Virus record (IMG/VR): IMGVR_UViG_3300033233_000038
Coordinates: 1 to 62,768 of that record
Reading direction: 5' to 3' (one strand)
DNA length: 62,768 nucleotides
From: a virus
Taxonomy: Duplodnaviria; Caudoviricetes
Shown one piece after another: positions 37,553 through 48,017 of this stretch. The position numbers and the translations under genes were made by a program. Within the stretch, counting starts at the first letter, position 1, and the number at the start of each line of letters is the position of its first letter. Below the pieces are notes generated by a model. It did no database searches, was not told where the DNA came from, and saw only the letters and a list, made by a program, of their open reading frames with translations.

Positions 37553-38692
37553 TTAATACTCTACCAAAACGAAACCTGACGTTCCCGCACCACCATTAAA
37601 ATCAGCTGTATTGCTACCTGCACCACCACCACCCGCCCCAAAACCAACACCTGGACTTCCATTTTCTCCAGTAGGTAGACCTACACCCCCATTTCCACCT
37701 TTGCCAAATTTATTTCCACCACCACCACCACCAGTTCCAGCACCACCACCACCCGTAGCTCCACTACCACCAGCGGTGCTCAAAGAATTAGGTCCTCCTC
37801 CTGTTCCAGTACTTCCGTTTATCGTTGCAGAACCAGTTGCTGCTCCACCTGCTCCCCCCGACGACATATATAATCCTTTTCCACCACCATTAACAGAAAT
37901 AGTATAACTTGCACCAGCAAAACTACTCACCCCACCATCTACTCCATCCGCAGCACCAACTCCACCAGCTCCACCAGCTCCTACAGTAACTGTATAATTA
38001 TTACCAGCAACAACATCTACTCCAACTCTTTCGACATGAGCCCCTGCTCCACCTCCACCGCTTCTATTATTATTTGTTGTTCCTCCACCACCGCCTCCAC
38101 CACCACATACAGTAACCATTACTTTAGTTACTCCTGTTGGAGCAGTAAAAGTCCCAGTAGAAAGAAACATTTGAGAAGTTCCAGCACTACCCCACGTAGG
38201 ATTAGCACCAGCACCTTGTGTCTTTAGGAATTGGCCAGAAGTGCCAGCGGCTAAAGCAGAAATTACTCCTGTCGCGGAAAAGTATAGTATACTGCCCCAA
38301 GCTTGTGCCGAAAAATCAGCACCTAAGCCGCCTTTTGCTACTGCTAATGTTCCTGTGGCATTTCCTAATGCAAGATAATAACTGCCTTCCTGCGAGTCTA
38401 GTTGATCTGCATTTTTTCCCGTTAGGTTTGTTGGGATGTTATCCAAAGGAAGCTGCCCCGCGCCGGAAGGAACGCCGCTTAATGTATTTAATGCTGAGCC
38501 TAAGACTTTACCGGCAGTAGATATTGTTGCTAATTTGCTATCGGCTATCGCAGCGCTAGAAGCAATTTTAGCATTTGTTATCTGTAAAGCGCTGTCAGTG
38601 CCAAGCGCTATGGCTGTCCAGTTATCTCGTATCTGCTGAGGCGCATTTATTAAAAGTCCCGAATTAGTCGGAACAGTCGGATCCCATGCCAT
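37553..38692 (-). CDS. Glycine-rich tail fibre protein
   Basis: GTLAVAKGGLG, GQFLKTQGAGANPTW, FTAPTGVTKVMVTVCGGGGGGG and a C-terminal GFVLVEY. Confidence 0.8.
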   Translation of the reverse strand: MAWDPTVPTNSGLLINAPQQIRDNWTAIALGTDSALQITNAKIASSAAIADSKLATISTAGKVLGSALNTLSGVPSGAGQLPLDNIPTNLTGKNADQLDSQEGSYYLALGNATGTLAVAKGGLGADFSAQAWGSILYFSATGVISALAAGTSGQFLKTQGAGANPTWGSAGTSQMFLSTGTFTAPTGVTKVMVTVCGGGGGGGGTTNNNRSGGGGAGAHVERVGVDVVAGNNYTVTVGAGGAGGVGAADGVDGGVSSFAGASYTISVNGGGKGLYMSSGGAGGAATGSATINGSTGTGGGPNSLSTAGGSGATGGGGAGTGGGGGGNKFGKGGNGGVGLPTGENGSPGVGFGAGGGGAGSNTADFNGGAGTSGFVLVEY

Positions 38693-38693
38693 A

Positions 38694-38987
38694 TTATTTT
38701 ACCTCCACTTCCTTATTTTTATCTTCCACTTCTTTTCTCATCCGCGCGAGTATTTCCGTCATGTCATTAATCTTTACGCCATGATCCGTAAGCGTTGCCA
38801 TCCAGCAATCATCGTGTAAAGAAAGGAATTTCGCATAATTTTCAGCGTGTTCCTTACAACGGTATAATGGTGGTATCGGTTCAAAATATTCTTGCAGTAT
38901 TACAGCGCCGCTGACGCGGATATAGCTGACAACGGTTATTGGTTTTTTGCACCTGTCGCAAATAACAACGTTAAAATCTGTTTCCAT
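38694..38987 (-). CDS. Hypothetical Cys/His protein
   Basis: CDRC and LHDDC. Confidence 0.55.
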   Translation of the reverse strand: METDFNVVICDRCKKPITVVSYIRVSGAVILQEYFEPIPPLYRCKEHAENYAKFLSLHDDCWMATLTDHGVKINDMTEILARMRKEVEDKNKEVEVK

Positions 38988-39215
38988 TTATTCCTCCTGT
39001 TTTGTTTTCTGCTCTTGCTCTTGAGCGAATGTTTTACCTTCATCGAGTAACGTATTCATTGAGGGGATATTGATTTTAGTGTTGATTGAAATAGTATATG
39101 TCTTATTTGAAACGGTGCCTGACTCATATCTTACATTATACACTAAAACAGCATTTTTATAAGAACCATTTTCATCAAGGTCAATTATAAGTTTTAATGG
39201 TATTATAGTTTTCAT
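38988..39215 (-). CDS. Hypothetical tail-module protein
   Basis: GGAGG RBS; follows the tail tip gene. Confidence 0.55.
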   Translation of the reverse strand: MKTIIPLKLIIDLDENGSYKNAVLVYNVRYESGTVSNKTYTISINTKINIPSMNTLLDEGKTFAQEQEQKTKQEE

Positions 39216-39224
39216 AAAACCTCC

Positions 39225-42200
39225 TTAGATTCCATGTACATGTATTCTTCCGTTTCCTGTTTGTTCAGTGCCGGCAAGGGCAAGATGTTTAATAGTGCAT
39301 CCAGTTATTGATGGCGCTACGCTGAATATATGCACAATACCTGAACCGCTCAATATATCAACATTAACTGATGGTATCTCATGGTATGTTTTAGCGAATG
39401 TTATCGCCGCTCCGTTGGCCGCAACAGAAATAGTATAATCTTGCGTTTCATCGACATCCGGCAGATCAGCGGTAATAATTAAAGAAGATAATGTCAAATT
39501 TAAAGTAGCAGAAACTCTTGTTATGGTCATTTTAATCTGGAAATACCTGCCGGTATAATCAGCGACAATCCAATCACTCCATGAACTCCATGTCGTATTA
39601 TCATCTGAAGTTCTTATCTGAAATGTAACATCAGCCGGATATTCTTCACCGGTAAAACGTAATGTTTGGCTATCATCAAATTTGCGCGTTGGATCAGAAT
39701 CCCATGCTAAACTTTGGGCTAAGGTGATAATATCTTGTATCATTACCCGCGCATCGCAAATATACCCCAAATCTTTGACACTTGTATAATAGGTATATGA
39801 TAACTGCCCTGATTCAAACGATAAATTAGCCCCGTCAATAAAGTAATTAGCTCCTGCTGTCGCTTCTAAGACGCGGAACATAAAATCTGAATTTGCTACC
39901 GCTGTCCATGCGTTTGTTGCGCCGTTGACATAATAAGCGATATTGCCATCGGCAAAAGTCGCCGATGTGTCATCGCATTTCCATGCCACATAAATAGTAT
40001 TGCTTTTCGTATATCCGCCGCGCAAAACTATCCAATATTTCGTGCTTGCCGAAAGCGAGATATTGCCCGGAAATGTAAATCGTATCCAGCGGAATGTTGT
40101 CCCAATAATACTTGGCATTACATAATAGGAAGTGCCATTTGTAACTGGAGTCCCATTCGGCGCTCCTGCATTATCACCTTCAATCGTTACCCATATTGCA
40201 TTTGTTCCTGCCAATGAGCTTGAACTCGAGGAAGAACTTGAACTTGAAATACTTCGTGAGCTGCTGGAGCTGCTTGAGCTTTGTGAGCTGCTGGAGCTGC
40301 TTGAGCTTGAGGCACGGCTAGAACTGCTTGAGCTGCTTGAGCTGCTGGAACTTTTTGAGCTACTAGAGCTGCTTCTACAACTTGAACTGCTGGAACTTGA
40401 TGAACGGCAAGAGCTGCTGGAACTGCTGGAACTTGATGAACGGCAAGAGCTGCTTGAACTGCTTGAGCTTGATGAACGGCAAGAGCTGCTTGAACTGCTT
40501 GAGCTTGATGAACGGCAAGAGCTACTTGAGCTTGCTTTGCTGCTTGAACTACTGGAACTTGATGAGCGACAAGAGCTGCTTGAACTTGATGAGCTGCTTG
40601 AACGGCATGAACTGCTTGAACTTGAAGAACGGCATGAGCTGCTAGAGCTTGATGAGCAACTTGAACTGCTTGAGCTTGATGAACGACATGAACTGCTGGA
40701 GCTGCTGGAACTTGATGAACGGCAGGAACTGCTGGAACTTGATGAACTACTGGAACTAGAAGAAAATATCTGTCCAACTTCGGCTAATTTCAATACTACC
40801 TGCTGAATAGTTTTAGCACTTCCCGGCGTAAAAGATTGAGCAAGGCGTTCATAATCAAGCGTTACCGTGCGTAGATCATAATCAGCGTCTTCATTCGACA
40901 CATAATAAATATTGGAATTATCGAGCCAATTCGTGTGTTCATTATATGTTTCAATAATATTCTGGAAGGGAATATTGCCTATGGTGATTATTGCCTCAGT
41001 AGCCGCCGTCGAATAATTTCCTGAATTATCTATTGCCTTTATCCAATATGACTGGCTTGTTCCTACTTTTATATCTTTTAATTCTACCTCGCCGCCGAAT
41101 ACAGGTGTCGCAACTATACCGGCCGAATTCCAGTCAGCACCTTTTCTAATTTCATACTTATTGACATCGACATCAGTTACTTCTATCCATTTACAGACAA
41201 TAACATCACGATATTTCTGAACGATAAAGCTTGATACATTCGATGGCGGATCATCTTTTCCTACAAGGATAATTGCCCCTGAAGTTGTGCCGGTAGAGAT
41301 AACATCATTTATTGACTGCGTTTTTATCCTTACATAATATGTTTTCGAGATCTCAAGATTAATATTTATTCTATATTCAGTAGCAGATGAAGAAGCCGAT
41401 CCAACAATAATATAATCATCAGTATCTTTTTTTAATTCGATGATATAACCATTTAGAAACTCTCTCTTGCTGGCCGGCGCTGTCCACGCAACATCGATAT
41501 GTGCTATATGAACGCCATCAGTATTAAGCCACCCAACTTCTGATAAAACAATATTAGTAACATCAGTAACTGCGGTATAAGGATTTGGCGGTGAGCCGTA
41601 ATTCCAATCCTCGAATACATTCGTCGCAAAACGGTCATCGAGAATAGAAGCGTTAAACGCCTGCAATATAAAACGCGCTCTGCCAAAATCGACTTCTTCT
41701 ATTGAGATAACCCTAAATTTTGCATTTGTCCAATTCGGCATAGAATGAGTGACGGTTGCAATATCATAAGGCTCGAGATCCATCGACTCCATATTGCAAT
41801 CAAGCTGGCACCATATATCATTGATTTTTCTTTCATAAAGGAATTTATTGGCAAGCCGGGATGCTTGAGTCTGGCGCGTTACGCCATGACATTGTATTAT
41901 TTCGTCTCTTTTTCCGCGTACTTCTTGATCTATTTCATCCTCTGCGTATTCAACTCTTTTTTCATTGCGTATTTCCAAAGGCGATATCCATTCTACGCCT
42001 AAATGGTTCGGCAGCTCTTCCGGTTTACCATAGCCGTATGAAAATGTATCCTTGATAATATTATCTCTAGTAAAACTAAATACCGATGTATCGGTATATT
42101 TTTCGCTCACTAATTTATACTGTGCTCCGCTCCTTATTAATCCTGCATTACAGGTAATGAGCATTTTCATTAAGTTATCTATTGCCGAATGTTTTGTGTC

Positions 42201-43028
42201 AATAGATATATCAAGATAGAAACGGGCTTCTATGCTGCCTGCGCCATTATCAGTCTGGGCTTCAAAGTATTCGTAACAACTGCCAAAGGATGCATCATTA
42301 ATTAATGCCGTAGGCATACCACATCCACCCACAACAGTACTCAATGTCATATAATCTCTGACTATGGCAGCGGGGTTTCGTGAAAATGCCACTGTATTAG
42401 TATCCCAGCTCTGCGTTGATGAATTCCAAGTTTTAATTTTTCTGCCTTTGATGTAACACGAAACTTTAGGGTTTGATCCAATCGCATCACTCTTAGTAAT
42501 AGTCATTGCCAGATACGCAATATCCCTTAGCCCCGAGACAGCGCCAGCCGCGCGTGCGTCGGGTGTTTGCGTTGATGTCCCTAAGTATGCTGTGTAACTG
42601 CATCCAGATAAACCTTCAATAGCCTGTTCATCAAGTTGCACATTATAGATACTATCTATCTCACCTATACATAGCCCTAGAAAACGATTGACTGTTGTTC
42701 CGGGCTCTGATAACCATAGCCAGTTACCACCCATGATTAATGGCCCCCCGTAAACCAAGGGCACTATCCCTTCATTCGAGTGAGTATTTGTTATCTCTCC
42801 TGCTGTGTAACGCGAGGCAGGCGTTTTTGTCCTGTCGTCGCTCCACATCGAATAAATTGCATATCCTATAGCTACCGCAGCGATAATAACAGCAGGGTAT
42901 ATAGAAAGGACTACGGTATAGCCTAAAATAAAGAATGTTAAAGTGATAGGCTCGCAAAAGGCATTGGCAGGAAAACATATCCAAAAAATAAACGCTAAAG
43001 ATAATATGGTGAGTATCTTTTTAAACAA
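39225..43028 (-). CDS. Tail tip / host-specificity protein (gpJ-like) with an internal 183-aa Ser tract
   Basis: VPLVYG, IGEIDSI, SRNPAAIVRDY, Fn3-like YWIKAIDNSGNYS and YTGRYFQIK; Ser tract at 40215-40763. Confidence 0.88.
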   Translation of the reverse strand: MFKKILTILSLAFIFWICFPANAFCEPITLTFFILGYTVVLSIYPAVIIAAVAIGYAIYSMWSDDRTKTPASRYTAGEITNTHSNEGIVPLVYGGPLIMGGNWLWLSEPGTTVNRFLGLCIGEIDSIYNVQLDEQAIEGLSGCSYTAYLGTSTQTPDARAAGAVSGLRDIAYLAMTITKSDAIGSNPKVSCYIKGRKIKTWNSSTQSWDTNTVAFSRNPAAIVRDYMTLSTVVGGCGMPTALINDASFGSCYEYFEAQTDNGAGSIEARFYLDISIDTKHSAIDNLMKMLITCNAGLIRSGAQYKLVSEKYTDTSVFSFTRDNIIKDTFSYGYGKPEELPNHLGVEWISPLEIRNEKRVEYAEDEIDQEVRGKRDEIIQCHGVTRQTQASRLANKFLYERKINDIWCQLDCNMESMDLEPYDIATVTHSMPNWTNAKFRVISIEEVDFGRARFILQAFNASILDDRFATNVFEDWNYGSPPNPYTAVTDVTNIVLSEVGWLNTDGVHIAHIDVAWTAPASKREFLNGYIIELKKDTDDYIIVGSASSSATEYRININLEISKTYYVRIKTQSINDVISTGTTSGAIILVGKDDPPSNVSSFIVQKYRDVIVCKWIEVTDVDVNKYEIRKGADWNSAGIVATPVFGGEVELKDIKVGTSQSYWIKAIDNSGNYSTAATEAIITIGNIPFQNIIETYNEHTNWLDNSNIYYVSNEDADYDLRTVTLDYERLAQSFTPGSAKTIQQVVLKLAEVGQIFSSSSSSSSSSSSSCRSSSSSSSSSSCRSSSSSSSSCSSSSSSSCRSSSSSSSCRSSSSSSSSSSCRSSSSSSSSSKASSSSSCRSSSSSSSSSSCRSSSSSSSSSSCRSSSSSSSSSSCRSSSSSSSSCRSSSSSSKSSSSSSSSSSSSRASSSSSSSSSQSSSSSSSSRSISSSSSSSSSSSLAGTNAIWVTIEGDNAGAPNGTPVTNGTSYYVMPSIIGTTFRWIRFTFPGNISLSASTKYWIVLRGGYTKSNTIYVAWKCDDTSATFADGNIAYYVNGATNAWTAVANSDFMFRVLEATAGANYFIDGANLSFESGQLSYTYYTSVKDLGYICDARVMIQDIITLAQSLAWDSDPTRKFDDSQTLRFTGEEYPADVTFQIRTSDDNTTWSSWSDWIVADYTGRYFQIKMTITRVSATLNLTLSSLIITADLPDVDETQDYTISVAANGAAITFAKTYHEIPSVNVDILSGSGIVHIFSVAPSITGCTIKHLALAGTEQTGNGRIHVHGI

Positions 43029-43422
43029 TTCTGTATCCTTTGATAAAATTATTCTTGATAGATTCTTTTTTGACTCTCATGGACCCATTTAAAGAATGAG
43101 TGCATAATATGGTCATATTATCAAAACATATACCAAGTGCGCCTGCATGATTCTTACTTTTCATAAGCACAACATCACCTTCTCGAAGATCATCAAAACC
43201 AACAGGCATAGTGAATTCTTTCAAGACATTGTGCATGCGTTCATTGTCTTTGTCTTTATCGCGGCGCTCGATTATCGCTTCATTGTCTGTATGCGTGTAT
43301 TCTTTGCCATGAACAAATTTATGATAAAGATAACAAAGGCCGCGGCAATCACAACCAGTAAAATCGTCGCCTCCTATTTTAAAGGGTATGCCTATAAGTT
43401 TATTAAGATTTTGTTCTTCCAT
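43021..43422 (-). CDS. NlpC/P60 tail assembly protein (gpK-like)
   Basis: LIGIPFKIGG...GCDCRGL and LREGDVVLM. Confidence 0.8.
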   Translation of the reverse strand: MEEQNLNKLIGIPFKIGGDDFTGCDCRGLCYLYHKFVHGKEYTHTDNEAIIERRDKDKDNERMHNVLKEFTMPVGFDDLREGDVVLMKSKNHAGALGICFDNMTILCTHSLNGSMRVKKESIKNNFIKGYRIV

Positions 43423-44171
43423 AAATAATTATCCGTTTTTTTATGACATTTTATACATAATGTTTTTCCATTACTTAAATCCCAAAATGGTAAATAAGTA
43501 AGTGATAATCTTAATAAAGTTTCTTTATCTTCTATTGGGCTAAATTGAGAATAAGTATGTAAAAATTCTTGCAAGAGTAAACTGAATTCTTTTTTATGGT
43601 GTGCATGTAAAATTCCACCATGTTCAAAACATTCTTGACAGGTATAATTATCTCTTTGAAAAATCTGGTTACGCAATTTTTTTGATTCATCTAAATTCCT
43701 TATTAAATTATAAAGAGGAGTAATTCCTCCTTTCCAAGCCGAAGCACGATTTCCAATTAATTTTAATTTACTACGAACAATACTTAACTTTTTTTTGTGT
43801 TCTTCTGTAAACTTTTTACATTTATGAGCAACACTTAATTTTTGTTTTGTTTCATCAGAAGTAATATGTCCTTTACGACTTTTACTCATTTTTTTCTTAG
43901 TTTCTTCAGTGTGTTCTTTACCAATTAAAGAATTTCGTATTTTATTTTTTATTTCATTTGTTCTTTCATATATTCCTCTGCCTTTTTTTCTTGCTAAGGA
44001 AACTTCTTGTTTGATAGTTCTACAGGGATATTTTACTTTTTTTAATCTATATAATATAGTCGGTGCTAAACAATTAAATTTATTAGATATTTCATTTAAA
44101 GAATATCCTTTTTTATAAAGTGCAATTACTTCTGAATTTTTGATATCTTTTCTAATATTCATATCATTCAC
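43392..44171 (-). CDS. NUMOD3/HNH homing endonuclease
   Basis: HTEETKKKMS repeats, WKGG, RDNYTCQEC, HAHH and NGKTLCIKCH. Confidence 0.88.
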   Translation of the reverse strand: MNDMNIRKDIKNSEVIALYKKGYSLNEISNKFNCLAPTILYRLKKVKYPCRTIKQEVSLARKKGRGIYERTNEIKNKIRNSLIGKEHTEETKKKMSKSRKGHITSDETKQKLSVAHKCKKFTEEHKKKLSIVRSKLKLIGNRASAWKGGITPLYNLIRNLDESKKLRNQIFQRDNYTCQECFEHGGILHAHHKKEFSLLLQEFLHTYSQFSPIEDKETLLRLSLTYLPFWDLSNGKTLCIKCHKKTDNYLWKNKILINL

Positions 44172-45042
44172 TCTCGCCTAAAGGTATGGTATGGAATCCA
44201 TGATAATTTATGGCGTTATTATAGGTATTAGTGCAGGTAATAAGGCGTTTATCGCAGCCACGATATAATGTATAAGCGTCACCAACAGCTACCGGATTAT
44301 CAAGAGCATAGTCAAGCCATAAAGTCCGGGCTGCTTGATTGAAATCAATGATCTTGCGCCGCGCTCCAGTATTATTGCCTGTAGTAAATTCAATAGTACC
44401 TACATTCCAATAATCATCAGCCTGTGTTAAATTTGTTGTATCGATTACTGTTGAACTTGTACCGCCGGTAACTGTACCCGTTACTTTATTAGCTGATAAT
44501 TCTTTATTAACTTGGCAATAGGCATCACCAAATTTTGCGTTACAGTTAATCTGATATGGCCATCCGGTTTCAAATGATAGCGAACCTAGATAGGGTACAC
44601 ATGTCGCAGAGGCCGTATAAGTACCTTTTTTTTCTTCGAAAGAAATTGATTGTATATATCCGTCAAAAACTATCTTTGCATCTCCGGCAGAATTAAGATA
44701 ATCCCTGAATACAAGGCGTGTTACGACACGTTTCATGCGGAAGTCATGCGCTGCTGCGTAGGCACCCATTGCTTTATTGACATTGTCAATTCGATAACTT
44801 ACCCTGTCAATCTCGCCTTTAGCCGTTTTCTTTACAGAAGTTCGCGCTATGCCTAAAGCGGTATATGATTGGGAGACCTGTGCAAAATAAGAAAAAAAAG
44901 TTATGTTGCGGTAGAAATTGACGAAATGCAGGGTATTCGAATCTTCCGCAGTCTGGCTGCCAAGATAAATATCATGTATCTCAACAGGCTTATGCTGCAG
45001 TTGATTTTTAATTGATAATAAAAGGGCTGATAAGTTATAAAT
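44164..45042 (-). CDS. DUF2163/BR0599-family baseplate hub protein, probable ATT start
   Basis: CNAKFGDAYC, GCDKRLITC and NYHGF. The frame is open 91 codons upstream of ATG 44769, to an ATT 5 nt after AGGAGG. Confidence 0.82.
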   Translation of the reverse strand: MYNLSALLLSIKNQLQHKPVEIHDIYLGSQTAEDSNTLHFVNFYRNITFFSYFAQVSQSYTALGIARTSVKKTAKGEIDRVSYRIDNVNKAMGAYAAAHDFRMKRVVTRLVFRDYLNSAGDAKIVFDGYIQSISFEEKKGTYTASATCVPYLGSLSFETGWPYQINCNAKFGDAYCQVNKELSANKVTGTVTGGTSSTVIDTTNLTQADDYWNVGTIEFTTGNNTGARRKIIDFNQAARTLWLDYALDNPVAVGDAYTLYRGCDKRLITCTNTYNNAINYHGFHTIPLGESE

Positions 45043-45051
45043 GTTTTCCTC

Positions 45052-45693
45052 CTAAGCGCCAGAACTGGAAGAACTGGAACTGCATGATGAGCTTGAAGAG
45101 CTAGAATTACCTAATGGCGGATTATAGGTATTCCATCGAACTTCTTTCAGAGTCATCCCTGTATGCAACAGTTGATATGCGGCTAACTCCCGCGTTAATT
45201 CATCTTCAGAGAAACGCATTTTAAAATAATATTCATAAGAAACGAGGATCTGCCCTGATGAAGGTATAGAGCTAAAAGTTATAAATGATTGTTCGGTAAC
45301 AAAATTATTGCTTAAGGTGTAATTTGAATTTGATACACCCCCAACAGTACAGGAATGATTTGCTGCTGTATCGACAGGGAAATTATCCAATAAAAATTGT
45401 GCGGTAACTCCATTGGCATCGCCTGCGTCTTCGGCGGAAGCCTGATATTCAGTCAATATTTTAACCAAAAAATAATCATAAGCACCTTTCCGCGCAAGAA
45501 AAAAATCCCATATCGTATCCATAACTGCCTGAGAGAGAAACTTGCACGTAAGTTTATATTCACGCAGCCCATGATCCCATAAAGCATCCCTGTATTCTTT
45601 GCCGCTTTCAGATTCAGTTATATTCGTTTTAAAAAATACTTTTTCTTCAAGCCCAAACTCAGGGGTTAAAGTTAATATATGCTCGTAGCTCAT
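45052..45693 (-). CDS. DUF2460-like distal tail protein with C-terminal Ser tag
   Basis: SESGKEYR, FFLARKGAYDYF, EYYFKMRF; ends NSSSSSSSCSSSSSSSGA. Confidence 0.78.
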   Translation of the reverse strand: MSYEHILTLTPEFGLEEKVFFKTNITESESGKEYRDALWDHGLREYKLTCKFLSQAVMDTIWDFFLARKGAYDYFLVKILTEYQASAEDAGDANGVTAQFLLDNFPVDTAANHSCTVGGVSNSNYTLSNNFVTEQSFITFSSIPSSGQILVSYEYYFKMRFSEDELTRELAAYQLLHTGMTLKEVRWNTYNPPLGNSSSSSSSCSSSSSSSGA

Positions 45694-45702
45694 AGTAACT
45701 CC

Positions 45703-47685
45703 TTATGCAAATCTCATTGACGTTGTCCGTAGTGATGCGTTATCTTTGATCCCGCGTTCACTGGCATCCGAATAGATATCGCCATGTTGCTGCAATCGTT
45801 CTCTGAATGAACGCTCATCGATTGTCTGTATATAATAATTATTTATTACCGTTCCCGCGCCGGGTGATTCTCCTCTATTCAACCTGTCTAGATTATCAAC
45901 GCCTAAATTTGACATTGCTCTTTTGTTCAATACGCCTTCACCTTCAAGTAACGTCGCTGGAACCTCACCGCCGCCATGAAATTCTTTTCTTCCATATCCA
46001 TAGCTTGATTCAATCCCTTTTCTCATATAACCGCCGGTATGAACTCCTACAGGAAAACCAAGAAGAGTAAGAGCGCTCAATGTTATCATTTGTGCAGTTA
46101 TACGTAATAATGTCTTCAGCATTTGCTCACCAAATGAAGCAACGACATCACCTAATGATTCAAAATCACCACTAATAACTTTAAAAAATCCATCTTCTAA
46201 AGCGGAAGTCATCCCCGTCGCGTATTCATACATTAATGTATCCCACATCGCAGCTTCGCCAACAGCATCTTTTAAGCTCTGGACATAGGTATCGAATTGC
46301 ACCGGTTCGCCTAATTTTTTACTTTCGCTCCTTAATTTATTTTCTAACTCTCTTTTTCGTTCTGCGTAATATTCGTCGTATCCTAATTTCTGATCTATGG
46401 TATCTTTATATGCCTCATACTGCCTATTTAATTCATCTAACTCTACTTGCGTCTGGCTTGATTTCCAATTTGCCAACGCTTCTTCTATGTCAGCGATTTC
46501 TTTTAGGTGTTCTTGTTCTAACTGTTGATTTTTTTCCGTTGCTTTACGTTCTTCATCTTCAGCAATCCTTCTTTCTTTCATTCCACTAATTGCATTTATT
46601 AATCTTCCACGTTGTGCTTTCAATAAATTAATTTCATCGCCTAATTTTTTCTTGTATGCCTGATCTTCATAGGCATTAATTTGACGGTACAAATCCATCA
46701 AATGAGCTATTCTCGCTTCCACTTCAATAAAGTCCACGTCTAATCTACCAACAATATCAGGTGGCTTTTTACCCATTTCAGATATTGCTTTCCATTCAAG
46801 CGCCCAATTTTTCAACATTGGGAAAATTATATCATCCGCATGTATGAATTTTAATATCCAGCCACCAATGCCTTCCTGCACATCATTGAAAATATTCCCT
46901 AATTGGGCCATCTGCCCGGAATAAGTCTTTACATCTGCCTGAGCGCGGCCGCCAAATTTTTCTTCTAATTTAGTCAATACAGCATTATAGCGCTGGGCAA
47001 TAGGAATATTTTTATCTATTCGTATACCATAACGAGACAACTCACCGGTTGCACCCTCAGATGCTTTCGCCACAAGCATTGTCGCAGTTTGAAGATCACG
47101 CCCGGTAGCAGTAGCAAAATCCAATACTGCTTGTGTTGCACGCTGTAAATTATGAGGTAACACATTTCCTGTTGAAAGTAATTGCTGCATTACTTCCTGC
47201 ACCGCGTCATCACCATATCGTGTCACTTCCTGAAAGGCTTCAGACATTTTTATCAAATCTTCGCTTGTCTTATAAGAATAAGTACCTTGGACACGCAACG
47301 CATTATTGAGGCGGTTTATGGCGTCTTCCTGTTTTGCATAAGCATTGACTATTTCTAAAACAGGCCGAACCAACATTCGTTGTGCAAATCCGACAAGCAA
47401 TAATATGTTACGTAAGCGCCCGAAGGTAAGCTGGAAATCTTTAATTGTTTTATCTAACGCAGAAAAGCGAATACGCACTTCTTCCGTTGTTTTGCCGGTA
47501 GTTTGCATCGAATCGGATACTTCTTGGCGTATTGCATTCATTGAGCGCTTCATACTATTGCGCATTTTCTCAATAGCCGCCGCAAATTCATTTGCTGATT
47601 GTTTTGATTTCTCGAATGATGCTTTTATCCTCTCGCTCGATAAGTCGACATATTCTGAAACTAATTTAATCTTGCTTTCAGGCAT
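45703..47685 (-). CDS. Tape measure protein
   Basis: Helical; TRYGDD, LEEKFGG, HTGG/FHGGG and EVPATLLEGEGVL; follows the tail chaperones. Confidence 0.85.
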   Translation of the reverse strand: MPESKIKLVSEYVDLSSERIKASFEKSKQSANEFAAAIEKMRNSMKRSMNAIRQEVSDSMQTTGKTTEEVRIRFSALDKTIKDFQLTFGRLRNILLLVGFAQRMLVRPVLEIVNAYAKQEDAINRLNNALRVQGTYSYKTSEDLIKMSEAFQEVTRYGDDAVQEVMQQLLSTGNVLPHNLQRATQAVLDFATATGRDLQTATMLVAKASEGATGELSRYGIRIDKNIPIAQRYNAVLTKLEEKFGGRAQADVKTYSGQMAQLGNIFNDVQEGIGGWILKFIHADDIIFPMLKNWALEWKAISEMGKKPPDIVGRLDVDFIEVEARIAHLMDLYRQINAYEDQAYKKKLGDEINLLKAQRGRLINAISGMKERRIAEDEERKATEKNQQLEQEHLKEIADIEEALANWKSSQTQVELDELNRQYEAYKDTIDQKLGYDEYYAERKRELENKLRSESKKLGEPVQFDTYVQSLKDAVGEAAMWDTLMYEYATGMTSALEDGFFKVISGDFESLGDVVASFGEQMLKTLLRITAQMITLSALTLLGFPVGVHTGGYMRKGIESSYGYGRKEFHGGGEVPATLLEGEGVLNKRAMSNLGVDNLDRLNRGESPGAGTVINNYYIQTIDERSFRERLQQHGDIYSDASERGIKDNASLRTTSMRFA

Positions 47686-47694
47686 GATAACTCC

Positions 47695-48017
47695 TTACAA
47701 ACTATTTAACTCTTCACGTCTATTCTTTGCTGCTTCAAATTCAGCAGTCTCAAAAATCTCAAAAATCTGTAATATTTTCATTGGCTGCCTCATAAGGCCA
47801 CCCGAAAAAAGTAAATGCCCTTTCTTATAATACTCATAATATTTTATATATTCCTTTACCTCTATGGGTATTATCTTAGCAGGGCATCTGTCTAACGGTT
47901 TTCCGTCAACTAGGTATGGCTGAACCGGTGAATCATTACAACCTCTAAATTTTTTAAGTGTTTCATTACAATTATTACAGCTCAATCCTAGATTCGAGAC
48001 TTCAACCGCAAGTTCTA
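47695..48017 (-). CDS. Tail assembly chaperone frameshift extension (gpT-like)
   Basis: The -1 frame after the A9 run is open (IELAVEVSNLGLSCNNC...) to 47695. Confidence 0.7.

Noticed and set aside
37611-37907. Pro-rich + strand ORF
   Set aside because: Antisense shadow of the Gly-rich tail fibre.
40187-40777. Alternative-frame Gln/Ala/Val and Asn/Cys/Leu repeat ORFs
   Set aside because: Shadow frames of the same Ser tract.
40132-40806. + strand Leu/Glu-rich ORF (LELLELDERQE), also apparent at both window ends
   Set aside because: The antisense of Ser codons (TCN/AGY) automatically gives CTN/GAN codons with no stops. The Ser frame is the one continuous with real genes.
37553-43028. Diversity-generating retroelement acting on tail genes
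   Set aside because: No reverse transcriptase and no adenine-specific TR/VR pair noticed.
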